From an uncultured Actinomycetota bacterium (lineage in GTDB: Bacteria > Actinomycetota > Actinomycetes > Mycobacteriales > Micromonosporaceae): 64,000 nt of DNA. Below are positions 55,294 to 63,512 of this stretch, one piece after another. Location of the stretch: the NCBI GenBank assembly GCA_963844215.1, contig CAWJNH010000001.1:76167-140166 (forward strand), in the 5' to 3' direction. The notes beneath the pieces are model-generated. The model saw only the letters and a program-made list of their open reading frames with translations, searched no databases and was not told the DNA's origin. Each line of letters starts with the position of its first letter. Position 1 is the first letter of the stretch. Both the position numbers and the translations under genes were made by a program.

Positions 55294-57486
55294 TCAGAAG
55301 TTCGCGTGGTAATGCCAGGCCACGGTTTGATTGCTGAGCTGGGTGGAGTAGAACGCGACCTCATCCAAGGTTCCGGTGAGAAAGCTGTTCACCGGGCGGT
55401 TCGGCCATCCACTGCCCGGGTCACCGCCGCCCCAGCGCCAATAGCCGGAAGTGGCGGCCGCCGTGGTGGTGGCCGGCTTCGAGGCTACGAGGGCACCGTC
55501 GACGTACAGGCGCAGCCCGGCCGCGCCACCGCTGGCCGCGACGTAGTGCCAGCTTCCGTCGTTGTACGCCGCCGGGCTGCGGATGGTCACCGGCGTTCCC
55601 GACGGTGCGGTGCCGAAGGTCAGGCGGCCACCGCTGTCCAAGTAGATCAGGCGGTCACGGGTCCCGGAGGAGCCGGTCCGAGTGGGGAAGAAGCCCATCA
55701 GCAGACCGCCGTCGCTGCCGGAAGCCTTGAACCAGCACTCCAGCGTGAACGCGGTCGGGGCCGAGGCGATCAGGGTGTTGTCGTAAGCGTTGCTGAGCCC
55801 GGCGTACGCGATCGCGGTGGTCGCCTGCAGTCCCTGTTGGCCGCCCTGTAATGCGCCGGGAATGCCTGCCGTCATGGCGACCGGCGCGACCGGGTTGTAC
55901 AAGTTCGCGATCTGGGTTCCGGTAAGCGCCTGTTGATAGGTGCGAACGTCGTCGATGGTTCCGGCGAAAGGGTTTTGCCAGGCACCCCCGCTCTTCTGCC
56001 GACCGAGTTGTAGCGGGCCGGACGCGGTCCACGACGACGAGTGCGGCCCGGACGTGGCGGGGGCACCGTCGATGTAGAGCGTCAGCGTGCCCGCTGTGGC
56101 GTCGTACACGCCGGCCAGGTAGACCCAGGTGTTCGCAGCAGCGGTAGAACTGGTTGTACCGGCACCGTCCAACGTTCCGCCTTGGCTGTGGGACGCGACG
56201 AACTGCCACCTATCGGTACTGGTGAAGTACTTGATGGATGCGCCGTTGTCGGTGCCGCCGGGTATGCTCACGACTGTCCGGTCAGCAGTCTTGTCCGTCA
56301 GGTATGCCCACAAGGTGAGGGTGAAGCTTTGTGCGGTGTCAACGGCTGCCGTGGTGCCGGCGACGTAGGCGTTGCTGCTGCCGTCAAAGGTGACCGCTTT
56401 CCCGGTGTGGCCGCTGGTGGCGAATGAGGCACCGCTGCCGAGGGTGCCCGTGTTGCCATTGCCGGACAAGTCCGCGGTGGTCGCTCCGCTGCCCTCCTCG
56501 AAATCCCACCGCGTGGTTGGATTGTCCCCGTACAGGGTGTCGACATCGGCAGCCGACAAGGGCCGCCGGTAGGTGCTCATTTCGGCCACGCGCGCCGCGA
56601 GGTAGTCGACCCACCCGCCGCACCGTTGGCTGCGGCCAACCTGGAGAGCACCGGAAGCGTTCCAGGTCGCGGTGTGCCCACCCGCCGTCGGCGTGCCGTC
56701 GTCGACGTACAGCTTGAGCTGCTGCCCCGCTACGGCGGACGTGTCGAACACACCGACGAGGTGCGTCCATACGCCGATGTCGGCGACCGCCGCTGACCGG
56801 GCGTAATCGACGACCGGGCTGCAGACGTCGGACTGAGTCATGTCGAATTGCCACCTCTGGCTGGCCCCGTCGTAGGCGAGTTCGAAGCCGGCGCTGGTGC
56901 CACCCGCCTGGCTCACCACCACAGAGGTGCCGGCCGGTGGCGACTGCAGATAAACCCAGGCGGACACGCTGAAAGAGGCATCGGTGGAGACCGCAGGCGC
57001 TGCACCGGTCACGTGTCCGGTGGCCGTACCGTTCAGGACAACCGCATCGCCGGTGTGACCGGCGGTCGTCCACGTGGCCCCGGCGCCTAACGTGCCGGGG
57101 TTGGCCGCACCGGAAGAATCGTCCGCCACGGTGCCCGTGCCCTCGTCGAAGTTCCACCGGGTGGACGGGCCGTTCGTCTGCCCGTCGTAGGTCCCGGATC
57201 GGCCGTTGCCCGAGGAATCGGCCGCGGTCGAGGTGACCGACGACGATGCGGTCTCCTCCCCTCGAAGATATGCCCAGGGCGAGTCGGAGGTAATTGATGC
57301 GGGATACGCGGGGAATGTAGCGGCAGCGCTGAATTGGTTTCCGGAGTTGGCGGACGTTCCCACGAACGCCGCCAGCGATCGGGGGATGAGGTGGGTCGCT
57401 CCCAGCATGACAACCACGACGACAACGGTGACAGCCGATCGACGGCGCGGCTGCCGACTGCGCCGGTAACGTGGTGTGGCGCCCAT
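55294..57486 (-). CDS. Triple LamG/concanavalin-like protein with SipW-type signal peptide (putative tip adhesin)
   Basis: Basic n-region, VTVVVVVVML, SLA/AFVGTSANSGNQFSA; LamG motifs SFSVSAWV, WTHLVGV, LYVDG, LDEVAFY. Confidence 0.8.
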   Translation of the reverse strand: MGATPRYRRSRQPRRRSAVTVVVVVVMLGATHLIPRSLAAFVGTSANSGNQFSAAATFPAYPASITSDSPWAYLRGEETASSSVTSTAADSSGNGRSGTYDGQTNGPSTRWNFDEGTGTVADDSSGAANPGTLGAGATWTTAGHTGDAVVLNGTATGHVTGAAPAVSTDASFSVSAWVYLQSPPAGTSVVVSQAGGTSAGFELAYDGASQRWQFDMTQSDVCSPVVDYARSAAVADIGVWTHLVGVFDTSAVAGQQLKLYVDDGTPTAGGHTATWNASGALQVGRSQRCGGWVDYLAARVAEMSTYRRPLSAADVDTLYGDNPTTRWDFEEGSGATTADLSGNGNTGTLGSGASFATSGHTGKAVTFDGSSNAYVAGTTAAVDTAQSFTLTLWAYLTDKTADRTVVSIPGGTDNGASIKYFTSTDRWQFVASHSQGGTLDGAGTTSSTAAANTWVYLAGVYDATAGTLTLYIDGAPATSGPHSSSWTASGPLQLGRQKSGGAWQNPFAGTIDDVRTYQQALTGTQIANLYNPVAPVAMTAGIPGALQGGQQGLQATTAIAYAGLSNAYDNTLIASAPTAFTLECWFKASGSDGGLLMGFFPTRTGSSGTRDRLIYLDSGGRLTFGTAPSGTPVTIRSPAAYNDGSWHYVAASGGAAGLRLYVDGALVASKPATTTAAATSGYWRWGGGDPGSGWPNRPVNSFLTGTLDEVAFYSTQLSNQTVAWHYHANF

Positions 57487-57495
57487 GACCGTCGA

Positions 57496-57521
57496 ATCGG
57501 CACCGGGATGAACAAGCTGAG
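57496..57521 (-). promoter_or_regulatory. FliA/WhiG-type promoter of the LamG gene
   Basis: CTCA-N16-GCCGAT ending about 10 bp before the ATG. Confidence 0.6.
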
Positions 57522-57706
57522 GACGATCGGGCGAGACACTACCGGACGGTCGGGTTGAGCGGCCGCCGTACACACGGCGCCTTCGGCCCGCGCGGCGATT
57601 CCGACCGGCGGCGCCGCATATCCCTTTTACCTGACCGCCCATACGCATGGGCATTGATCGGTATCGCGGCAATCAGACGAGATGACGGCCGCCTGCGCCT
57701 CATCCG

Positions 57707-57733
57707 CTCAGGTGCGACCGGCCCGCAGCCGAT
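57707..57733 (+). promoter_or_regulatory. FliA/WhiG-type promoter of the fibre operon
   Basis: CTCA-N17-GCCGAT. Confidence 0.6.
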
Positions 57734-57767
57734 GAGGAGCAGTGATCGGGCATTCGTCGGCGGAGAG

Positions 57768-58697
57768 GTGGTGGGGGCGGTGTCGCTCGCTCGCGCCGTG
57801 CCCGGACACCTGATGGTGGTCGGCATGTTGGGCCTGGCCGGTGCGGCGTTCGCCGCGATCGACTGGAGCACCGACCCGCTGAGCCGGGCCGTGACGGTGA
57901 TGCAGACCGTCCCGATCTTCGACGACGACGGTGGGGACGCGATGTTCGCGCTCACCGCGATGGCCCCCGGGGTACCGGTCAGCCGGTGCATCCGGATCGG
58001 CTACGACGACGCCGACGCGGCGGGTACGGTGGGGCTGGCCGCCGAGTCGGTCTCCGGCGCGCTCGCCGACCACCTGCGGATCGCCGTCGAGCGCGGCTCG
58101 GCCGGCAGCTCCCGCAACTGCGCGGGCTTCTCCGGGACCTCGATCTACGTCGGTACGCTGACCGGGCTGAGCCGCGGTGTCTCTACCGGCTGGACGCCGG
58201 TGACGGGGAGCGCGCAGACGTTCCGGATCACCGCGACGTTCACTGACGAGGCGGCGCCGACGTCCGCGACGAGTTCCCGAGCCGATTTCGTCTGGCGGGT
58301 GCAGGGCGGATCGACCACTGCCACCCCATCGGTCGGCGCTGCGACCCCACCGGTCGGCGCCGGCGTCCCGTCCGTCGGCGCCGGCGTCCCGTCCGTCGGC
58401 GCCGCCGCCCCGCCGGTCGGCGCCGAGGCCTCGCCGACGGCGCCGGCACGCGGCCCGGTTCTGGCCGAGCCGGGGCACCAGTCCCGTACCGCATCGCAGA
58501 CCTTCTTGGAACTGATCATCAAGCTGGCCAAGGAAGCGGCCCGGCACGCGGCGATCCCGGCCGTCCTGATCGCCGCGTTGATCTTGTTCCTGCTGGGGCA
58601 GAAAGCGGCCGACCGGCGCGACCCGAAGCTGGCGCTCGCCCCAGTCTGGCGCAACCGCTACCACTGGATCCCGTTGCACCCGGAGGATGGTCGATGA
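57768..58697 (+). CDS. TasA-like subunit with Pro-rich linker and C-terminal TM anchor
   Basis: DDDGGDAMF..MAPG..SRCIRIGY..NCAGFSGTSIYVGTL..FVW aligns with the downstream subunits; start uncertain (57732/57768). Confidence 0.7.
   Translation: MVGAVSLARAVPGHLMVVGMLGLAGAAFAAIDWSTDPLSRAVTVMQTVPIFDDDGGDAMFALTAMAPGVPVSRCIRIGYDDADAAGTVGLAAESVSGALADHLRIAVERGSAGSSRNCAGFSGTSIYVGTLTGLSRGVSTGWTPVTGSAQTFRITATFTDEAAPTSATSSRADFVWRVQGGSTTATPSVGAATPPVGAGVPSVGAGVPSVGAAAPPVGAEASPTAPARGPVLAEPGHQSRTASQTFLELIIKLAKEAARHAAIPAVLIAALILFLLGQKAADRRDPKLALAPVWRNRYHWIPLHPEDGR
58323..58428 (+). repeat. 21-bp coding tandem repeat x5
   Basis: P(S/P)VGAxx heptapeptide repeats. Confidence 0.75.
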
Positions 58698-60280
58698 GCG
58701 GCAGCCGCGCGTCGGACGACTTCGTCCCGGTGGCTGACCGGCTCCGCTGGATGCAGTTGTGCCGGGTGGTGATGTGTGCTGCGCTGCCCTTGCTGGCCGC
58801 CGGCACCGGGAGCCCGGCGGCTGTGGTGCAGCGGCAGGCCACCGTCAGCATCGCCTGGGTGGTTCTGTCGCTGGGATTCTGGGGCCTGTCCGCGATCGGT
58901 CGTCGATCGTCGATCCTGGTGCTCAACGTCGCCCTGCTCGGCGACGGTCTGGTGCTGGGACACAGCTGGTTCGAGTTGCACGAGCTGAGCGGGCCGGTCG
59001 GCATGGTGATCATGGTGCATACGATCGCGGTGACGCTGGTCGCGACGTTCCGGACCGGGATCAAGATCGTGCTCTGGCATTCACTGCTGGCCATGCTGAT
59101 CCTCGACATGCACGCCACCGGGATCCTCTCCCCGGTGTTCGCGTTCCCGGTGCGGGAGACCGTGACCTACCTGAGCGGGTTGTGGGCGGCGGCCCTGGCG
59201 ACGGCGTTCCTGGCCGCCGCGAACGAGCGCGAATTGCGGCGCCGCCGGTACGACGAACGTGTCCTGCGCGAGCTGGCCCTGGAATTGGGCGCGCAGCAAC
59301 GCCCGGCTGAGGTCGCCGCCACGCTTGCCCTCTTCGTGGTGGCCGAACTCGACGTGCGCCGCGCAGCCGTCGTCGTCCTGCCCGACGACCGCTTCACCGC
59401 CCAGCTCGGCGCGGGCGGTATCGCGGCCACGGTCGGCGCCGACGGTCGGCTGCGTAAGGCCAAGCTGTCCGGCGCGTTGCCGCCGCCGGCATTGGAAGCG
59501 GACCGGTCCCTGTTCCGCCACGTTCTCGACCCGGTCGCGGACGCCTGGTTGCTGAGTGTGATGCCGCGCGGGCGGAACCTGATCACCATCCCGTTCGGGG
59601 AGGGGCAGACGGCCGGCGTGCTCATCGTCGAGACCGTGCGTCGCTGGCCCGACCGGTATTCCCGGCGGGTTGAGCGGCGGCTCATCGCCACTGCCCGGCA
59701 GGCCGCCGCACAGAGTGCCGCGGCCGTGGGCCGGTCGCTGGCCACCATGAAGCTGGCCGAGGCGGCCAACACCGACGGCCTCACCGGCCTGACCAACCGG
59801 GCCCGGTTCGACGTGCTGCTGGCCGAACGTGCCGCCGGCACCCAGCCGTTCTCGGTCATCCTGCTCGACCTGGACCACTTCAAGAGCGTCAACGACACGT
59901 ACGGGCACCAGACCGGTGACGGTGTGCTACAAGGGGTCGCCGCCGCGTTGCGGTTCAGCTGTCGGGCCGGTGACGTCGTCGCCCGATACGGCGGAGAGGA
60001 ACTCGTCGTCCTGGCCGACGGTGACGCCGCCGAGACCAAGGAGACCGCCGAGCGGCTGCGGGCCGCCGTCGCCGCGGCCGCCACTCCGGTGCCGGTCACC
60101 GCCAGCATCGGTGCGGCCTGTGGCCCGGCGGACGGCCGTACGCCCGAGAGCCTGCTGGAGACGGCCGACCGCCGGTTGTACGTCGCCAAGCGGACCGGCC
60201 GGGACCGATCAGTGACGGCAGCCGACGACAATCCGGCCGAAGCCGAGAGAACGCCGGCTGGACCCGGGCGGATCGGATGA
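58694..60280 (+). CDS. Membrane-bound GGDEF diguanylate cyclase with GAF-like region
   Basis: DGLTGLTNR, DLDHFKSVNDTYGHQTGD, RAGD I-site, RYGGEEL; about 5-6 N-terminal TMs. Confidence 0.9.
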   Translation: MSGSRASDDFVPVADRLRWMQLCRVVMCAALPLLAAGTGSPAAVVQRQATVSIAWVVLSLGFWGLSAIGRRSSILVLNVALLGDGLVLGHSWFELHELSGPVGMVIMVHTIAVTLVATFRTGIKIVLWHSLLAMLILDMHATGILSPVFAFPVRETVTYLSGLWAAALATAFLAAANERELRRRRYDERVLRELALELGAQQRPAEVAATLALFVVAELDVRRAAVVVLPDDRFTAQLGAGGIAATVGADGRLRKAKLSGALPPPALEADRSLFRHVLDPVADAWLLSVMPRGRNLITIPFGEGQTAGVLIVETVRRWPDRYSRRVERRLIATARQAAAQSAAAVGRSLATMKLAEAANTDGLTGLTNRARFDVLLAERAAGTQPFSVILLDLDHFKSVNDTYGHQTGDGVLQGVAAALRFSCRAGDVVARYGGEELVVLADGDAAETKETAERLRAAVAAAATPVPVTASIGAACGPADGRTPESLLETADRRLYVAKRTGRDRSVTAADDNPAEAERTPAGPGRIG

Positions 60281-60870
60281 GCGCGCACGCCGCCACCACC
60301 CCGGACCACCACCGCCGCCGGTCGGCCGCCCTCATCGGACTCGCCGCGGCGCTGGTCGTCGGCATCCTGTCGGCCGGCGCCACCTGGTCGGCCTGGAACG
60401 CCCAGACCAGCAACTCCGGGAACAGCTTCACCACCGGCACCGCGGTTATCGGCACGGATTCGCCCGCCACCGCGGAGTTCGCGGTGCCGGCCATGCGACC
60501 GTCGATCCCCCTCGACCGGTGCATCACCGTCACGTACCACGGCACGTTGCCGGCGGCGGTCCGCTTGTACGGCCGGGCCACCGCGGGCACCGGGCTCGGC
60601 TCGTACCTGCGTCTGACGATCGTCCGCGGTACCGCCACGGCGGCCCGTCACGGCGACTGCGGGACCTTCGTCCCCGACGACGGGGGCGGCATGCGGTACC
60701 ACGGGCTGCTCGCGGACCTTCCGGCCGGGTACGACGGCGGCGTCGTCGACCAGACCGCACGGTGGACGTACGGCGAGAGCCACTCGTACCGGTTCTCGGT
60801 CGAACTGATCCCCGACAACGCGGCCCAGGGCCGCAGCGTCACCGAGTCCTTCACCTGGGAGGGCCGGTGA
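60277..60870 (+). CDS. TasA/camelysin-like subunit (minor)
   Basis: GATWS/AWNAQTSNSGNSFTTGT..DRCITVTY..FTWEGR. Confidence 0.75.
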   Translation: MSAHAATTPDHHRRRSAALIGLAAALVVGILSAGATWSAWNAQTSNSGNSFTTGTAVIGTDSPATAEFAVPAMRPSIPLDRCITVTYHGTLPAAVRLYGRATAGTGLGSYLRLTIVRGTATAARHGDCGTFVPDDGGGMRYHGLLADLPAGYDGGVVDQTARWTYGESHSYRFSVELIPDNAAQGRSVTESFTWEGR

Positions 60871-61379
60871 GGACGAGTCATCTGGCCGCCCGGGCGGTGG
60901 TGACCTTGCTGGCCGCCGCCGCGGTACTCGCCGTGGGCGCGCGGATCGGCGGGTACAGAACGCTGGCCGAGAAGTCGTCCAGCATGGCGCCCGCGATCCG
61001 GCCGGGCGACCTGCTCGTCGTCCGCAGCGTGCCGGCCCGCTCGGTGGCCGTCGGCGACGTGGTGAGTTTTCATGACGCCGGCCGCGGCGGGCGGCTCATC
61101 ACCCACCGGGTGACCGCCGTGCATCGCGACGGCCTCCTCGTCAAGTTCCGGACCCGGGGCGACGCCAACCCGGGTGACGAGCGCTGGTCCAGTCCGGCCG
61201 ACCGGGATCTCGGCCGTACCGTGGCCACGATCCCCCGCGCCGGCGCGGTGATCGCAGTTCTCGCCGACCCGTTCGTGGCGGCCTGCCTGGCCGGGATCCT
61301 CGCGACGTTGCTGCTGGTCACGGCGGTGGAGCGCCGGCGTCGTGCCGTTGCGCCGGACCAGTGGCGGACCGCACGATGA
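60867..61379 (+). CDS. SipW/ER-type signal peptidase I
   Basis: SSSMAPAIRPGDL, ITHRV (His in place of Lys), TRGDAN..D. Confidence 0.85.
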   Translation: MRTSHLAARAVVTLLAAAAVLAVGARIGGYRTLAEKSSSMAPAIRPGDLLVVRSVPARSVAVGDVVSFHDAGRGGRLITHRVTAVHRDGLLVKFRTRGDANPGDERWSSPADRDLGRTVATIPRAGAVIAVLADPFVAACLAGILATLLLVTAVERRRRAVAPDQWRTAR

Positions 61380-61984
61380 CCCGGTTCCGTGCGGCTCTCG
61401 GCGAGCTGTTTCAGGCGGCCCGGCTGACCGCACTGGTAACCCTGCTCTCGCTGGGCGCGTCGTCGCTGCTGCCGCTGGCGGCCGGCTGGATCCCCGCGGT
61501 GGTGGTCAGCGGCTCCATGACCCCGGCCGTACGCCCGGGAGATCTGGTGTTCTATCAGCGGGCCCGGAGCGCCGACGTGCGCCCGGGCCGCATCCTGCTC
61601 GCCGACCAGCCCGGTCATGAAGGCGAACTGCTGTCGCACCGGGTGGTCTCGGTCGACCCCGACGGCACGATCACCACGAAGGGCGACGCCAACGCGACGG
61701 CCGATTCCGATCCGGTTGCGCCGGGCGCGGTCCGTGGCCAGGCGCGGCTGATCGTGCCGTACGTCGGGTTGCTGACGCTGATCAACCGGCCGGAGCAGCG
61801 GAAGCGGATCGCGGTCTTCGTGATCGTGGTGCTTCTCGCCGCGTCCTACCGGCCGGCCGGCCGTCGCCCCGCGCCCGTCGTCGGCCCGGCCGGCCGGACC
61901 CGGCGGCGCCACCGCGCCCGGCACCGGACCAGGAGTCATCCGGTTGCGATCGCAGTGAACCTGTCACCTTCGAGCCCGACATGA
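61376..61984 (+). CDS. SipW/ER-type signal peptidase I
   Basis: VVSGSMTPAVRPGDL, LSHRVV, TKGDAN..D, IVPYVG. Confidence 0.88.
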   Translation: MTRFRAALGELFQAARLTALVTLLSLGASSLLPLAAGWIPAVVVSGSMTPAVRPGDLVFYQRARSADVRPGRILLADQPGHEGELLSHRVVSVDPDGTITTKGDANATADSDPVAPGAVRGQARLIVPYVGLLTLINRPEQRKRIAVFVIVVLLAASYRPAGRRPAPVVGPAGRTRRRHRARHRTRSHPVAIAVNLSPSSPT

Positions 61985-62036
61985 CGAACAGTCACGAGCC
62001 GGCAATCGGCGATCGCCGCGAAGGGGAGGTTCCGGG

Positions 62037-62621
62037 ATGGCACGGCAGACCGTTCGCTCCGGAGCCGCTGTGGGCGGCCGCGTGAGGGTTCTGGCGGTCC
62101 TGATCGCCCTGCTGACCGCCGGCGGCACGGTGTGGCATGCGTCCAACGCCGCTTTCAGCGCGACGACCAGCAACAGCGGCAACACCTGGACCGCCGGCAC
62201 CGTGGCGCTCACCGACGACGACACGAACACAGCGATGTTCACCGCGACCGGGCTGACGCCGAACCGGACCGCCGCCAAGTGCATCACGGTCGCGTACACC
62301 GGAAACATCGCCTCGTCGGTGAAGCTCTACGCCACCGGTTACACCGGCACGCTCGGCACGTATCTCGCGCTGACCGTCGAGCAGGGCACCGGCGCCGGCC
62401 ACTCCAGCTGCACCGGGTTCAGCGGGTCCACCATCTACGCCGGCACGCTGGCCGGGTTCGCCGGCGCGAAGGTCGACTGGGCCAGCGGCGTGGGGTCATT
62501 CACTCCGTCGAGCAACGGAGCCACCGCGGTGTACCGGTTCACCTACACCTTGCAGGACAACGACAGCGCCCAGGATCTGTCCTCGGCCTGCAGCTTTACC
62601 TGGGAAGCCCAGAACACCTGA
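62037..62621 (+). CDS. TasA/camelysin-like subunit (major 1)
   Basis: GGAGG RBS; SNA/AFSATTSNSGNTWTAGTVAL..CITVAY..FTWEAQNT. Confidence 0.8.
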   Translation: MARQTVRSGAAVGGRVRVLAVLIALLTAGGTVWHASNAAFSATTSNSGNTWTAGTVALTDDDTNTAMFTATGLTPNRTAAKCITVAYTGNIASSVKLYATGYTGTLGTYLALTVEQGTGAGHSSCTGFSGSTIYAGTLAGFAGAKVDWASGVGSFTPSSNGATAVYRFTYTLQDNDSAQDLSSACSFTWEAQNT

Positions 62622-62651
62622 TCCTGGCGACGCCGACGAGGAGTGCCACCC

Positions 62652-63239
62652 ATGGCAAGGCATACCGCAACGAAGGACCGGACCGCCCCCGGCCGCAACC
62701 GGCTGCTGGTGATCCTGGTCGCGATCGTCGGGACCGGGGCGCTGATCTGGACCTCGTCGAACGCGGCGTTCACCGCGACGACGTCGAACGGCACCAACTC
62801 GTGGGCGTCCGGCCAGGTGAGCCTCACCGACGACGACTCGAACACGGCGATGTTCACCGCCACCGGGCTCAAGCCGGGCAGCACCGGATCGAACTGCATA
62901 ACCGTCACCTACACCGGAAACCTGGCCGCGTCGATCAAGCTGTACGCCACCACCTACATCGGCACGCTCGGCTCCTACCTGAGCCTGACGATCGACCAGG
63001 GCAGCGGCGGCAGCTTCGGCAATTGCGGCAGCTTCAGCGTCGGCTCGAACCTTTACACGGGCACGCTGGCCGGGTTCGCCGGCGCGAAGGTCGACTGGGC
63101 CAGCGGTGTCGGCTCGTTCACGCCGTCGAGCAACGGAGCCACCGCGGTGTACCGGTTCACGTACACCCTGCAGGACAACAACCTCGCCCAGAACCTGATT
63201 GCGACCTGCGGGTTCACCTGGGAGGCTCAGAACACCTGA
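62652..63239 (+). CDS. TasA/camelysin-like subunit (major 2)
   Basis: GAGGAG RBS; SNA/AFTATTSNGTNSWASGQVSL..GLKPG..CITVTY..FTWEAQNT. Confidence 0.8.
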   Translation: MARHTATKDRTAPGRNRLLVILVAIVGTGALIWTSSNAAFTATTSNGTNSWASGQVSLTDDDSNTAMFTATGLKPGSTGSNCITVTYTGNLAASIKLYATTYIGTLGSYLSLTIDQGSGGSFGNCGSFSVGSNLYTGTLAGFAGAKVDWASGVGSFTPSSNGATAVYRFTYTLQDNNLAQNLIATCGFTWEAQNT

Positions 63240-63512
63240 GCCGGATCGTCAGCCGCCGCCGGACGCCGGTTTCCCGGTCTCGGTGCCTGTCTGCGTGCCG
63301 CCCAGCGGCCCGGTCAGCTTCGCCGTTGCCGATCGAGATCCCGCCCCGCCGGCACCACGACCGCACCGAGGCGCCACTGCAGCCGGGCCATCCGAGGACG
63401 CACCGGTTTCCACCGCGGCCGGCTCGACAGCCTTGAGAAATGTGTACTTGCGCCACTGTTGCCGTTAGGCAATGGTCGCGCCCGCGGCGAGGCGGATGTA
63501 ACCTGCGGCGAC

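Noticed and set aside
57487-57767. c-di-GMP riboswitch upstream of the fibre operon
   Set aside because: No recognisable class I or II motif by eye; an Infernal search is needed to exclude it
62442-63180. DGR template/variable repeat pair in the twin subunits
   Set aside because: Differences are synonymous and not adenine-specific; no reverse transcriptase present
57768-63239. Sortase-dependent or type IV/Tad pilus
   Set aside because: No sortase, LPxTG, class III signal peptides, prepilin peptidase or assembly ATPase
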